A stretch of 63,435 nt of DNA, the filler included, from Octopus bimaculoides (Eukaryota): assembly GCF_001194135.2 (NCBI RefSeq). It is 5 parts of 5 records of this genome, joined end to end, with 100 filler letters (N's around TTAATTAATTAA, not from the genome) between each part and the next. Parts side by side here need not be neighbours in the genome. Positions count along the whole stretch, not along the records: positions 32,532 to 52,659 come from NC_068989.1; 4 more parts are not named here. The stretch is one strand, 5' to 3'. Positions 36,605 through 47,819 of this stretch are shown here, one piece after another. The translations under genes were made by a program, and so were the position numbers. The notes beneath the pieces were generated by a model. It did no database searches and was not told where the DNA came from. It was given only the letters and a program-made list of their open reading frames with translations. The first letter of the stretch is position 1. Each line of letters begins with the position of its first letter.

Positions 36605-36991
36605 NNNNNNNNNNNNNNNNNNNNNNNNNNNNNACAGAGACGTAATGTCCGTTGTTGAACACCTTGAATTCTGAGAAAATGAACACATACACACACACTT
36701 GCACGCTCGCAGGCAGGCACGCACACATACACGCACACACACAGACACACACAAATAATGAGATTTATATAGCTTCTAGCCTGTTCTGATGCTATATCCA
36801 ACTTAAACTTAACAGCACCATTTAGTGTAGCCATAAAAGAGCCATATTATTCTAAAGAAGCCCACTGAGAATGACAATGGCGTTGGCTGCAGTTAAACTG
36901 AGTATCAGTGGTTCTTCTAGTAGAGAAGAATTAATCTTTGTACCGTTTGAAGCTTTTGGGGTTTTTATATTCCTTTATTAATTTCAGGGTC

Positions 36992-37377
36992 GAGGCGCAG
37001 TGGCCCAGTGGTTAGGGCAGCGGACTCGCGGTCATAGGATCGCGGTTTCGATTCCCAGACCGGGCGTTGCGAGTGTTTATTGAGCGAAAACACCTAAAGC
37101 TCCACGAGGCTCCGGCAGGGGATGGTAGCGAACCCTGCTGTATTCTTTCACCACAACTTCCTCTCACTCTTACTTCCTGTTTCTGTTGTGCCTGTATTTC
37201 AAAGGGCCAGCCTTGTCACACTGTGTCACGCTGAATATCCCCGAGAACTACGTTAAGGGTATACGTGTCTGTGGAGTGCTCAGCCACTTCCACGTTAATT
37301 TCACGAGCAGGCTATTCCGTTGATTGGATCAACTGGAACCCTCGACGTCGTAAGCGACGGAGTGCCAACAACAACAA
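36992..37377 (+). mobile_element. Full-length young family-C SINE with (CAA)n tail and 10-bp TSD
   Basis: A box TGGCCCAGTGG, B box GTTTCGATTCC. TSD TAATTTCAGG at 36979-36988 and 37378-37387. Confidence 0.95.
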
Positions 37378-37457
37378 TAATTTCAGGATACGGTTGTATT
37401 GAGAAAAACTTGCTGAGGTGAAAAATTAGCTGACACAATAATACTGTTATTTGAGTT

Positions 37458-37632
37458 TGTTGTGTCGACGCCCCAGGCGAAGAAGTAGGGTCTCCCAAGG
37501 CATATAAATAAAGGTAGTCTGGCCGCGGTAGGTGTGTTGAGTAGCAGTCGAGTAGCAGTCGAGTAGCAGTTGTGTAACGGTTGAGTAGAGATCATCCGAA
37601 GGTGCTAGATAGCAGTAGCTTGAGACATAACA
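37458..37632. mobile_element. Solo LTR (175 bp), BEL/Pao- or TRIM-like
   Basis: Termini TGTTGTGTC...GACATAACA (8/9 inverted match, TG..CA rule). Exact 5-bp TSD GAGTT at 37453-37457 and 37633-37637. Internal TATAAATAAA and an 11-bp repeat GAGTAGCAGTY x3. Confidence 0.8.
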
Positions 37633-37707
37633 GAGTTAGTTTCGATGGATCTTTGTAGCGAGGCGAATGATACGGAGTAATTTATCAACTATGACAATAA
37701 TTAGGGA

Positions 37708-38353
37708 TTCTTTCTACTAGAGGCCCCAAGCTCGGAAGTTTCGGGGTTGGGTGTAAGTCGATTAGATCGACCCCAGTACGCAACTGGTATTTATTTCATC
37801 GAGCTCGAAGGGATGAAAGGCAAAGTTGACCTAGGCAGAATTTGAACTCAGAGCGTAAAGGCGGTGTAGGTGTAAGCCGATTACATCGACCGCAGTGAGC
37901 AATTGGTATTCATNNNNNNNNNNNNNNNNNNNNNNNNNNNNNNNNNNNNNNNCGACAGGATGAAACGCAAGGTCGACCTCGGTGGAATTTGAACTCAGAA
38001 CATGAAGACGGACAAAATGCCGGTAAGTATTTCGTCCAGCGTGCTAACGACTCTGCCAGCTCACCGCCTTATAATAATAATGATAATAGTAATAATAATA
38101 ATAAAAATGATGATGATGATGATGATGATGATAATAATAATCCATTCTACTATAGGCACTAGGCCTGAAATTCGGGGGAAGGGGACTAGTCGATTACATC
38201 GACCCCAGTACGGAACTGGTACTTAATTTATCGTTCCCGAATGGATGAAAGGCAAAGTCGACCTCGGCGGAATTTGAACTCAGAACGAAGCGACGAGCGA
38301 AATACCGCTAAGCATTTCGTCCAGCGCGCTAACGGTTCTGCCAGCTCGCCGCC

Positions 38354-38424
<71 letters not shown>

Positions 38425-38882
38425 TCTTTCTACTATAGGCACAAGGCCTGAAATTTGGGGGAGGGGGATAAACTGGTACTTAATTTATCGACCCCGAAGG
38501 ATGAAAGGCAAAGTCGACTTCGGCGAAATTTGAACTCAGAACGTAGCGGCAGACGCCATACCGCTAAGCCCAGCGTGCTAATGATTCTGACAGCTCGCCG
38601 CCTTAATGATAATAATAACCATCCTTTCTACTATAAGCACAAAGTCTGAAATTTTCTTTGGTGGGGGGAGGGGACCCAGTTAATTAGATCGCAACTGGTA
38701 CTTAATTTATCGACCCCGAGAAGATGAAAGGCAAAGTCGACCTCGGTGGAATTTGAACTCAGAACGTAAGGGCGGACGAAATGCCGCTAAGCATTTCGTC
38801 CGGTGTGCTAACGATTCTGCCAGCTCACTGCCTTATAGTAATAACAATAAGCCTTTCTACTAAAGGCAAAAGGCCTGAAATT
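37708..38882 (-). mobile_element. Head-to-tail array of five family-A SINE copies plus one tail fragment, most separated by (AAT)n tracts
   Basis: Copies at about 37708-37860, 37865-38068, 38143-38355, 38424-38603 and 38621-38832, and a tail at 38852-38882. All have the same orientation and differ by substitutions and indels. Confidence 0.92.
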
Positions 38883-40282
38883 TGTATAAGAAAATTTCAA
38901 TCGTTTGGCTTTTACAAACGAAAGTGAATCGCAGTATATTTTAATGTTGTGTTTTGTTTAATCCGGCAAACGCCGGAAATTAAAAATTTAACAACGTAGT
39001 GTTAGATGCCAATGAACTTATCAGTTGTTTGATGAATGAACAAACCCCATAATTTAAGTCCTTAAGGTCATGATAACAGCTCAGCTAATGAAAATAAAAA
39101 AAACAGACAAACAAAAACACACAGAGGTCACAGATGGCTAATGCACGCGCACTCAAAAACACACAAACATACAAACGCACATATGAGCAGTCACGTGGGT
39201 ATATAGACTCAATCACACTCGACCACATATCCGCAATCACGCACACACAAACTCTTCGTTTATTCTCACCCTTACTGTCTCTTGAAAGCAAACACACATC
39301 TACATACACACATACAACCATACATGCACAAAAGCGTAAGGCTAATTCTCGGACAGACGCAGAAGAGAGAGAGAGGGGGGGGAGGAAGAGAGAAAGAGAG
39401 AAAGGGCCTGTCATTGAAGAAGTCGTGTAAGGACTTCGGCTAAGAAACAATCGATTGATTGTTTAACCACCTCATTAAACAATTGATTAGTTAGTTGGTT
39501 AGATATTTAACCAATTGACCAACATTAAGAAGAGATATTGNNNNNNNNNNNNNNNNNNNNNNNNNNNNNNNNNNNNNNNNNNNNNNNNNNNNNNNNNNNN
39601 NNNNNNNNNNNNNNNNNNNNNNNNNNNNNNNNNNNNNNNNNNNNNNNNNNNNNNNNNNNNNNNNNNNNNNNNNNNNNNNNNNNNNNNNNNNNNNNNNNNN
39701 NNNNNNNNNNNNNNNNNNNNNNNNNNNNNNNNNNNNNNNNNNNNNNNNNNNNNNNNNNNNNNNNNNNNNNNNNNNNNNNNNNNNNNNNNNNNNNNNNNNN
39801 NNNNNNNNNNNNNNNNNNNNNNNNNNNNNNNNNNNNNNNNNNNNNNNNNNNNNNNNNNNNNNNNNNNNNNNNNNNNNNNNNNNNNNNNNNNNNNNNNNNN
39901 NNNNNNNNNNNNNNNNNNNNNNNNNNNNNNNNNNNNNNNNNNNNNNNNNNNNNNNNNNNNNNNNNNNNNNNNNNNNNNNNNNNNNNNNNNNNNNNNNNNN
40001 NNNNNNNNNNNNNNNNNNNNNNNNNNNNNNNNNNNNNNNNNNNNNNNNNNNNNNNNNNNNNNNNNNNNNNNNNNGAGAGAGAGAGAGAGAGAGAGAGCAG
40101 TAGATGGTACGTCATCGATATGGCTGTACTTTTCGACTAAGCTGTTCCATCGATTCATTAAAGGATTGACTAATTATTTAATTAGTTGACTGAGAACTGA
40201 ACAGTCAATTCGTGTGAATTAATTAGCGAAATAACCAAACTACCAAAAAAAAAAAAAGAAAGAAAGAAATAGTAAATAAATA

Positions 40283-40712
40283 GCGCAGGCGTGGCTGTGT
40301 GGTAAGTAGCTTGCTTTCCCAACCACAAGCTGCCGGGTTCAGTTCCGCTGCATGACACCATGGGCAAGTGTCTTCTACTATAGCCTCGAGCCAACAAAAG
40401 CCTTCTGAGTGGATTTGGTAGACGGAAATTGAAAGAAGCCCATCGTATATAGATGTGTATGTATATCTATCTATATGTGTGTGTGTTTCTGTCTGCGTTT
40501 GTTCCATCCCCCACATCATCACCGCTTGACAACCGGTGTTGGTGTGTTTACATTCCCTCATAACTTAGCAGTTCGGCAAAAGAGAACTGATAGAATATGT
40601 ACCAGGCGTAAAAATAATTACTAGAGTCGATTCATTCGACTAGAAATTCTTCAAGGTGGTGCCCCAGCATGGCCGTAGTCTAATGACTGAAACAAATAAA
40701 TGATAAAAGATA
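40283..40712 (+). mobile_element. Full-length family-B SINE
   Basis: GCGCAGGCGTGGCTGTGTGGTAAG ... CCAGCATGGCCGTAGTCTAATGACTGAAACAAATAAA. Confidence 0.92.
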
Positions 40713-40982
40713 AATGAAGGAAAAAGGAAAGATACATACATAACATACATACATACATACATACATACATACATGCATGCATGCATGCATACATACATAT
40801 ATACATACGTATATACATTCATATATGCATGCATACATACACTGACACACACACACACTCACGCATGCACACAGATGTTACATAATATACAGAGTGCGTC
40901 CAACATCGTACGCAGTAATTCCTGCGCTTGCGCATCGGTATATGACTAACAATAACAATAATAATAATAATGATAATAATAA

Positions 40983-41459
40983 ATGCCAATACACACAGAT
41001 AGAGAAATTAAGGCAAATAGACCAGATATAGTTGTCAAAGATCATGAAGAAAAAAAAATGCTTTCTAATTGATGTATCAATACCAGTAGATGACAACGTT
41101 TCCCTAAAAGAAATGGAAAAACTTTCAAAATACAAAGACCTGGAAATAGAGGTAACTCGAATGTGGAATCTAAAAACAGAAACAATTCCTATCATAGTAG
41201 GTGCCTTAGGTATAATAAAAAATATTCAGACAAATACATAACAAAAACACCAGGACTTACAAATATATATAACATACAGAAAATTGCACTACTGGGCACT
41301 GCACACATCCTACGCAAAACACTTTCAATACAGTAACCATAAGAGCATCACAGCAAACCACAGCACATACCCAAGGCGCACAGAGCTGCGTTCGGTAGTG
41401 AAGTGAAAGCACGTTATAAAAATAAAACTACTGAACAATAATAATAATAATAATAATAA
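40983..41459 (+). mobile_element. 5'-truncated R4/Dong-type LINE (REL endonuclease domain, 3' UTR, (AAT)n tail) embedded in (AAT)n
   Basis: [20 protein letters not shown]...CFLIDVSIP...EKLSKYKDL (the PD-D/ExK REL motif) ...QKIALLGTAHILRKTLSIQ* (stop at 41334-41336). A-run frameshifts are present. (AAT)n lies on both sides. Confidence 0.92.
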
Positions 41460-41712
41460 CGATGGTTTCTGGCATAGGGCCAGCATTTTGAGAGGAGCAG
41501 ATTAATCAGTCCAATCGTTACAACTATTTGTCTCCTATTTTTTTCCATCGAAGTCTAAAGGATGAGGAGCAAAGCTTATCACGGCAACGCTTGAATTCAG
41601 AAGATCCAGAAATCTCAAACGAATAGCGTAAGCCTTCTCCGGCGCACTTATAACTTTGCCAGCACATCGCTTGAGTTGTGTGTATGTATACAAGTATGAA
41701 CACAAATATACA

Positions 41713-41756
<44 letters not shown>

Positions 41757-42539
41757 TTATACATATGTGTGTGGTGTGTTTGTGTGTGTGTATATGAATA
41801 TANNNNNNNNNNATCTATATCTATATCTGTGTGTGTGTGTGCTTATGTAATGTTTTTGTTTCCTTTTAAAGCAATTTTAAGAATAAAAGCGGTAAATTTC
41901 CTAACTGGAACTCTCAATATGTTGCGCAGTAAACGCTTAGTGGACGACTGCATAATCACCTTGAAACGCCGGGTCTGCAGAAAAAAAAGAGTAATTTAAT
42001 CCATTGTTATTTAGCAACATCTGTTGTTAGGCAGTGCTAAATGAAAACTGAAAAGTTATTCAAATGTGTATAATATCAACAGAAAATCGGAAGACTAATT
42101 ATGTCTCATATTTCATTGAAATTTGGCATTTAGACGGAGTGATAAACATTGGTTAGGAACAAGGGTCCGGGAACAGGGAATGCAGGGAATGCATTTGCAG
42201 CCCTAAAATTTTGTTGAGGAACAAAATTCAATATTGCATCCCCTAATTTCCTTTCTCAGGCTTAGAAAATAGTGTTTAAAAATTGATCTGTTAAAAGTTA
42301 GTTGAAGCTGGTTTTCTTCGCAAAATGAGAACAAATAACTAAAATAAATAAATTTAAAAAATCCGCCCAAATCCCTAGAAAGATATATTACTGAACTAAA
42401 GCAACCTCAACATTAAGATTAAAATTATATGTATAACAACAATATAGTAATAACAATAACAACAACCACAGCCACTCTCTCATTTCCTAAGAATACTACA
42501 AGTGACTCTTCATCATCATTGTCATCATGCTCTCTCAAA

Positions 42540-42790
42540 AGATGAGATCGAGATGAAAAAAAGAACATCGAACTGGACCTAAAACTATCTCATTAAAAAG
42601 AAACTTCGCTAAGGGAACAACAAGCAGTGTAAAATATGAGATCTATTTCTAAAGTTCTTTTCCCACTTTGCTAAACAAAAACCAGCTACACATAACTCGG
42701 ATGGCTCTCTAATGGATCAAAATGGGTCATATATAAATGATTCATCACAAATATGACATTGCATTCGCAGAACTACTGAAAGACACAATA
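42540..42790 (+). pseudogene. Possible CR1-type LINE ORF2 linker relic
   Basis: KFFSHFAKQK...GSLMDQNGSYINDS resembles the K.FYSYAK...GPL...NG.L.ND block of CR1-like ORF2. Weak. Confidence 0.35.
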
Positions 42791-42798
42791 AAGGATAT

Positions 42799-42990
42799 TA
42801 GTAGTTACCAGTTCATCGAAGAATTAAAGAACATACTTAGTGAAATATAATAGTGGTTAGCACTTTCATGACCAGAGAATTAAGGAAATTCTTAGTGAAG
42901 TATAATGGCATTCCGTAGTTCCATTGTTGAAGGATCAAGGAATATCCTTAGTAAAATATAAAAGAGGTTACGAGTTCCATCGTTGGAAAG
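42799..42990. repeat. Degenerate ~55-bp minisatellite, about 3.5 units
   Basis: Units start at about 42799, 42851, 42906 and 42963. The first three end in CTTAGTRAARTATAA and share RGAATTAARGAA or a close variant. Confidence 0.65.
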
Positions 42991-43110
42991 AAAGTTAACA
43001 CACGTCACAGGAACTTCGTAAATCTCATAAAAGAACTTGCCGAAGAATGTAGTGCAGGAATAAGTCAGCAGCTTAAGCGAGTTATTTTCCTATCTGATAC
43101 CATACATAGT

Positions 43111-43480
43111 GGAGGCGCAATGGCCCAGTGGTTAGGGCAGCGGACTCGCGGTCATAGGATCGCGGTTTCGATTCCCAGACCGGGTGTTGTGAGTGTTTAT
43201 TGAGCGAAAACACCTAAAGCTCCACGAGGCTACAGCGAACCCTGCTGTACTCTTCCACCACAACTTTCTCTCACTCTTACTTCCTGTTTCTGTTGTGCCT
43301 GTAATTCAAAGGGTCAGACTTGTCACACTGTGTCACGCTGAATATCCCCGAGAACTGCGTTAAGGGTATACGTGTCTGTGGAGTGCTCAGCCACTTGCAC
43401 GGTAATTTCACGAGCAGGCTGTTCCGTTGATCGGATCAACAGGAACCCTCGACGTCGNNNNNNNNNNGAGTGTCAACAAC
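43111..43480 (+). mobile_element. Family-C SINE with a small internal deletion and 10-bp TSD
   Basis: TSD ACCATACATA at 43099-43108 and 43479-43488. Confidence 0.93.
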
Positions 43481-43778
43481 CATACATAATGAAATCCTAG
43501 AGGTATATGCTCATAACACCCTACATGATATTAGAAAAAAAAAGTTGAAGATTCCATGTTTATTGATGTTATATGTGATTGCTCTGGCATGGAACAAGAA
43601 GAATCAGTTATTGTCGTTATATTTCTGAAAGCCAGGTTGTCTACGAAGATTTTCTCGGCTTTTATTTATAACTTTCCTGACTAAACTTCGGAGATACTAA
43701 CTAAGGTTATTCCGGATGTTTTTTGTTGCCTAAACATTTCTTCAGGCTCAAAATTAGGTTCTTTTTGCCTTTGATGAC

Positions 43779-44329
43779 GCCATACAAAAGATATTAAAAG
43801 ACATGTTTCCTGGTACGTATTTTATACACTGCGGAAACCACTCTCTGGACTTTGTCCTCCAAGAAGTCGAATGTACGGCTACCCTGGTCACTGATGTATT
43901 GAATTTTGTTCACCAAAGCACCATTCTTCTGAAAGCAGTACCGATCAAGCCTTTGTGATGAGAATGTCGTCATGTTGCAAGCCTGGGTTTGTTGCATCGA
44001 GCGAGAGAATGTTCAGCACACTTCGCTGTCTGAAGACCTGACTCTGCACTACAATGACGCAACACCGTTTGACACACTGTGCTGTAACGTATGTACAACG
44101 AAAACACTTTGGGTATCCTCTTGGAAAACTTCACCGCCAAAACGAGCCACTGTAGAAAAATTTTTGGAATGATTTGAAGCATTACTTTTTCATATAAAAT
44201 AAAATAAAATAAAAATTATTATGATTGTGTTTGTTTTGATATTCAGATTGGAAAAAAATCAGCCTTGTTTGTAAAAAAATTTGGACCTGAGTTTGCGCCC
44301 CTTAAGCAAATTTTGTTCCCAGGCCACTG
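43779..44329 (+). pseudogene. Internally deleted hAT transposase relic (ZMYM1/hAT19-like) with putative right end
   Basis: AIQKILKDMFPGTYFIHCGNHSLDFVLQE (CxxH motif) joined to ASSERMFSTLRCLKT*LCTTMTQHRL (hATC dimerization motif). The putative terminus ...GTTCCCAGGCCACTG ends at 44329. Confidence 0.82.
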
Positions 44330-44379
44330 GTTAGGAGTAATGTTATCTCATTCAAAACAGCAATTTTTCAATATATTCG

Positions 44380-44508
44380 GACCATGTGGCTTTGGGTTGA
44401 ATCCCGATGCGCGACACCTTGGTTCCATGTCTTCTCCTATAGTCCCAGGCCGACAAAATTCTTGTGAGCGGGTTTGGTAGACGGAAACTGAAACGAGCTC
44501 GTCATATG
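44380..44508 (+). mobile_element. Diverged family-B SINE 5' half
   Basis: GGGTTGAATCCC...TTGTGAGCGGGTTTGGTAGACGGAAACTGAAA. Confidence 0.8.
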
Positions 44509-44524
44509 CGCGTGCGCGCTCGTG

Positions 44525-44568
<44 letters not shown>

Positions 44569-45796
44569 AATAAAATCTCTCTCTCTCTCACACACACACA
44601 TATATATATATATATGCATGCATATATGTGTGCATGCTTGAGTAAAATGTTAAAAGTATCCCACACAATTTGGGAGATGTAGACAAATGGTAAAAAAATC
44701 GAAAATATCCTTTTCTTTTCATGTTGCAGCTATTTCAAAGTATATCATTGCAATCAAATTGTTTTAAAATACGATAATACGTATCGCAATCAGACCAAAA
44801 TATCGCAACCAAATTATTTCAAAATGCGTTATTCCAAAATATATACAAAACTCATTACTACTAACATCTCATTCCAAATTTAGATACTTCAAAGCATATT
44901 GTTTTTACATTTAAATAATTTCAAAGTATATTATTAAGCGCTCCAAATCATATAACTAAAAAGTACAGAATTTAATATTTTAGAGTACATAATTACGAAC
45001 CGGTTTTACTTCTTATCGAAGATATTCATTACAATGTACGCGTGCAATGGCTAGCTACTAGTTTTAATTTAATGTATAATGTGTCTATTTCAAGTAGGTG
45101 CATTACAGACTCATTAGTTAACAAGGGAAGTAATATTGTGTACTCTAGTAGACACAAATTAAGCAGAGATGAAAATTTATTTTAAGTATCCAAAAGGATG
45201 TGGGAAAAAAAATATTGATAAAAGAATTAAAAGGAAGCGACTGTAACTATTTAAATTAGGTTTATCTTATTCAATAAGAAAAATGTTCTATATTGATTTT
45301 TTGTTGCTCATGTCATATATTCAGTACATTGGCATAATTAGAAAAGTTTATATATTGTCAGGTGAAACGTATATTTCCATTAACTTTTCATTCAAAAATT
45401 TTCATATATCTTTGTTTACTTTTCGAAATGAAATGTCATTTTAACATTTTGGTAACACCACCACAAAACCCAGGGAGATAAATGTGAAATATTACAATGT
45501 ATTTTCGAAGAAAATGTATAACGCAAGTACTATGGTTTACTTTCTATATCAAGTTTAAAGTATCAAAATATATCCAGTCTATATCGTGATTCACTTGAAA
45601 TACCGAAATGAAAACGAAGTATTGTGTACTAGAACGAAAAAGAGATATTGTTGATTTTAAAAACTCGAACACTATAAAGAGAGAGGAGTGTGTATATATG
45701 AAAGTATGAGTTTGTAGTAATTTATATAAGAGATATGCGGAGAATAAGTGTGGATAACAGAGAGAGAAAGAGTGAGAGGGGGAGAGGGAAAGTGAG

Positions 45797-45831
<35 letters not shown>

Positions 45832-46719
45832 AAAACAGATAGATAAATACAGAGAGAACATCTAGGTAACTAATTAACGTTTAATTAGAAGCAACATAAA
45901 TATATCCAGTTTATTGTTGTGTGTGTGTGTGTGTGTGTGTGTGAATTTTCTTACATCTTTTTTTTAGGATTTCGGTGTTTCAAACGACTGGAATTACCAT
46001 TACCTAAAATAAATTTTTATCCAAAATTCCATTTGTTGTCACTCTTGCACACTCACGGAATAGGAACATTTTGTGACCCTGGATTTATATATGTACATAC
46101 AATACAATATATACATGCATAAATACATACATACATTTATATTCGTAAGTATGTATGGATGGATGTATGTATGGATGTATGTATGCCTGTATTATTAATA
46201 GAATACAATACCATAACCTCATATAATCCGAATTTGTTTCGTGGAAGAAGTTGGGAGCCAGCCCAGCAATTATCAGAAGTGGCTGAAAGGAATAGTATGG
46301 TATGAACTCTTTACTACTGGAGGCCTAGAAGTGTCGCTTCCCGTGTGTGGATTTTATGGCTGTTGTAAAACAAAAAACGAAGAATAAAACGAATGAAAAA
46401 TATTTAACGTATTGGTGTTAAGTCCCTTGGATAGAAATCACACTAGGTAACCTCGATATGCAAGACATTTACTTGAAGGAGAGGGTGAAGCTGCAGCGGG
46501 GAGTTAATTTTAAAATTATGCATGGTCGTGGATATATGTATGTGATTGCATATCAACGTTGGGTGTGGTAAATCTTATACTAATTCCTCGGATTGCAGCA
46601 AGTAGAAACACCCATGGGTGAACTCCAACCTTTTGCTAAAGTATATCTGCACTTATGAAGGCAGAAACTTCACTTTCACAGGGTAGATAAGTGTTTGGAT
46701 AAAGGGAGTTCTGCAGTAT

Positions 46720-47784
46720 GGTTCTGCTCTCAACCAACGAAGCCTGCCCCTCTTACTGTGGCTAAATTAAGGGTTTTAATTTTCTAGTAACGTCCACTTC
46801 TTGTAAAGTACAGTGTTTTCCTTCAATGTCCTTATATGCCTCGCTGGAGTTGTGGCATTTCGTCTTCCATGGATATTAGACGAGGACTTGTGACTGTTGA
46901 ATCTGTTTCTGAAGCGGCTTTCTTTCACATCCACCTATTTTCGCACGTTCGTCACTCCACTGGGATCCTTTGACACCACCTCCGCCTCATACACAATAGT
47001 TTCTGCATCATTACCTCAGTATTCGCAGCCTATTTCTGTTTTAGATCTGGGCCAGCTTCCTAACATTTTCCTTATGCAAGGTGCTTAGTTAAAAGAGACC
47101 TTCAAAGCATGATTATTAAATATCTTCCTGTATCTGTGTATCTAGTTATCTAGTAATATATTTCTTGTCTAGTTATCGACTAAACTCAAGAAGATTCTTC
47201 CTACACAAGATTTTACATTTGAGGAAAATGGGGTCGTAAACCAAATAATGTTACGATGATATTTTCTCTTAGTAGGGTTAGGGTTTGGTATATATTAGTT
47301 ATACAGCTAATCTTATTCTTCAGCCCAATGATGGCCAGAGGCTATGACGTCGAAGCTCCACATATTCAAAGACAGGCTGGAGACTCTTCTGCTAAGAACC
47401 ATTCACTAGGTTCCTGAAGATTATGGATGCATGGCAGAAAGTTCTATTCATAAATATCAGTCCTTTATTCTGTTTCCGAAAGGGTATGTAGATACCAGTG
47501 TTTAGATTTGATGTGACATTCAGGAAACCAACGAGTTCCAGGCTGGTTCCTATTGTGACAATGAGCCCAAGAGAATGAAGGGTATGGGTTAGATCCTTCG
47601 CAAGTTTTTCGAAAGTGCGGACCTTTGTCCTTTTGATAGAGTGAAGGCACCGTCCCTAAAGTGGTTAAAGCTAATTGAAGCAAACTTCTTACTGAGTATT
47701 CCTAAAGTAAAAATATCTATAGTGTCACAGACATCAGCAATTTCGAATACTCCCATTCTAACAACGATAGGGCCTTCCAAGTCA

Positions 47785-47785
<1 letters not shown>
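46720..47785 (-). mobile_element. Penelope-like element 2: decayed RT C-terminal half plus GIY-YIG, truncated at a microsatellite and gap
   Basis: VRMGVFEIADVCD (like TMGSFDGAEVCE), FNHFRDGAF (YRDDGL region) and TIVYEAEV...ESRFRNRFNSHKSS...ATTPARHI (GIY-YIG). Confidence 0.82.

Positions 47786-47819
<34 letters not shown>

Noticed and set aside
36992-37065. SINE C heads as functional tRNA genes
   Set aside because: The heads do not close a proper acceptor stem and continue into a 300-bp SINE body with TSDs.
37708-38882. Repeat-spacer-like array suggestive of CRISPR
   Set aside because: The units are ~200-bp tRNA-derived SINEs separated by microsatellite in a eukaryotic genome, with no cas genes.
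40983-41459. Dong/R4 as the mobilising partner of SINE A
   Set aside because: The SINE A sense-strand tail is (ATT)n whereas the Dong tail is (AAT)n, which is the opposite strand, and no shared 3' sequence is visible.
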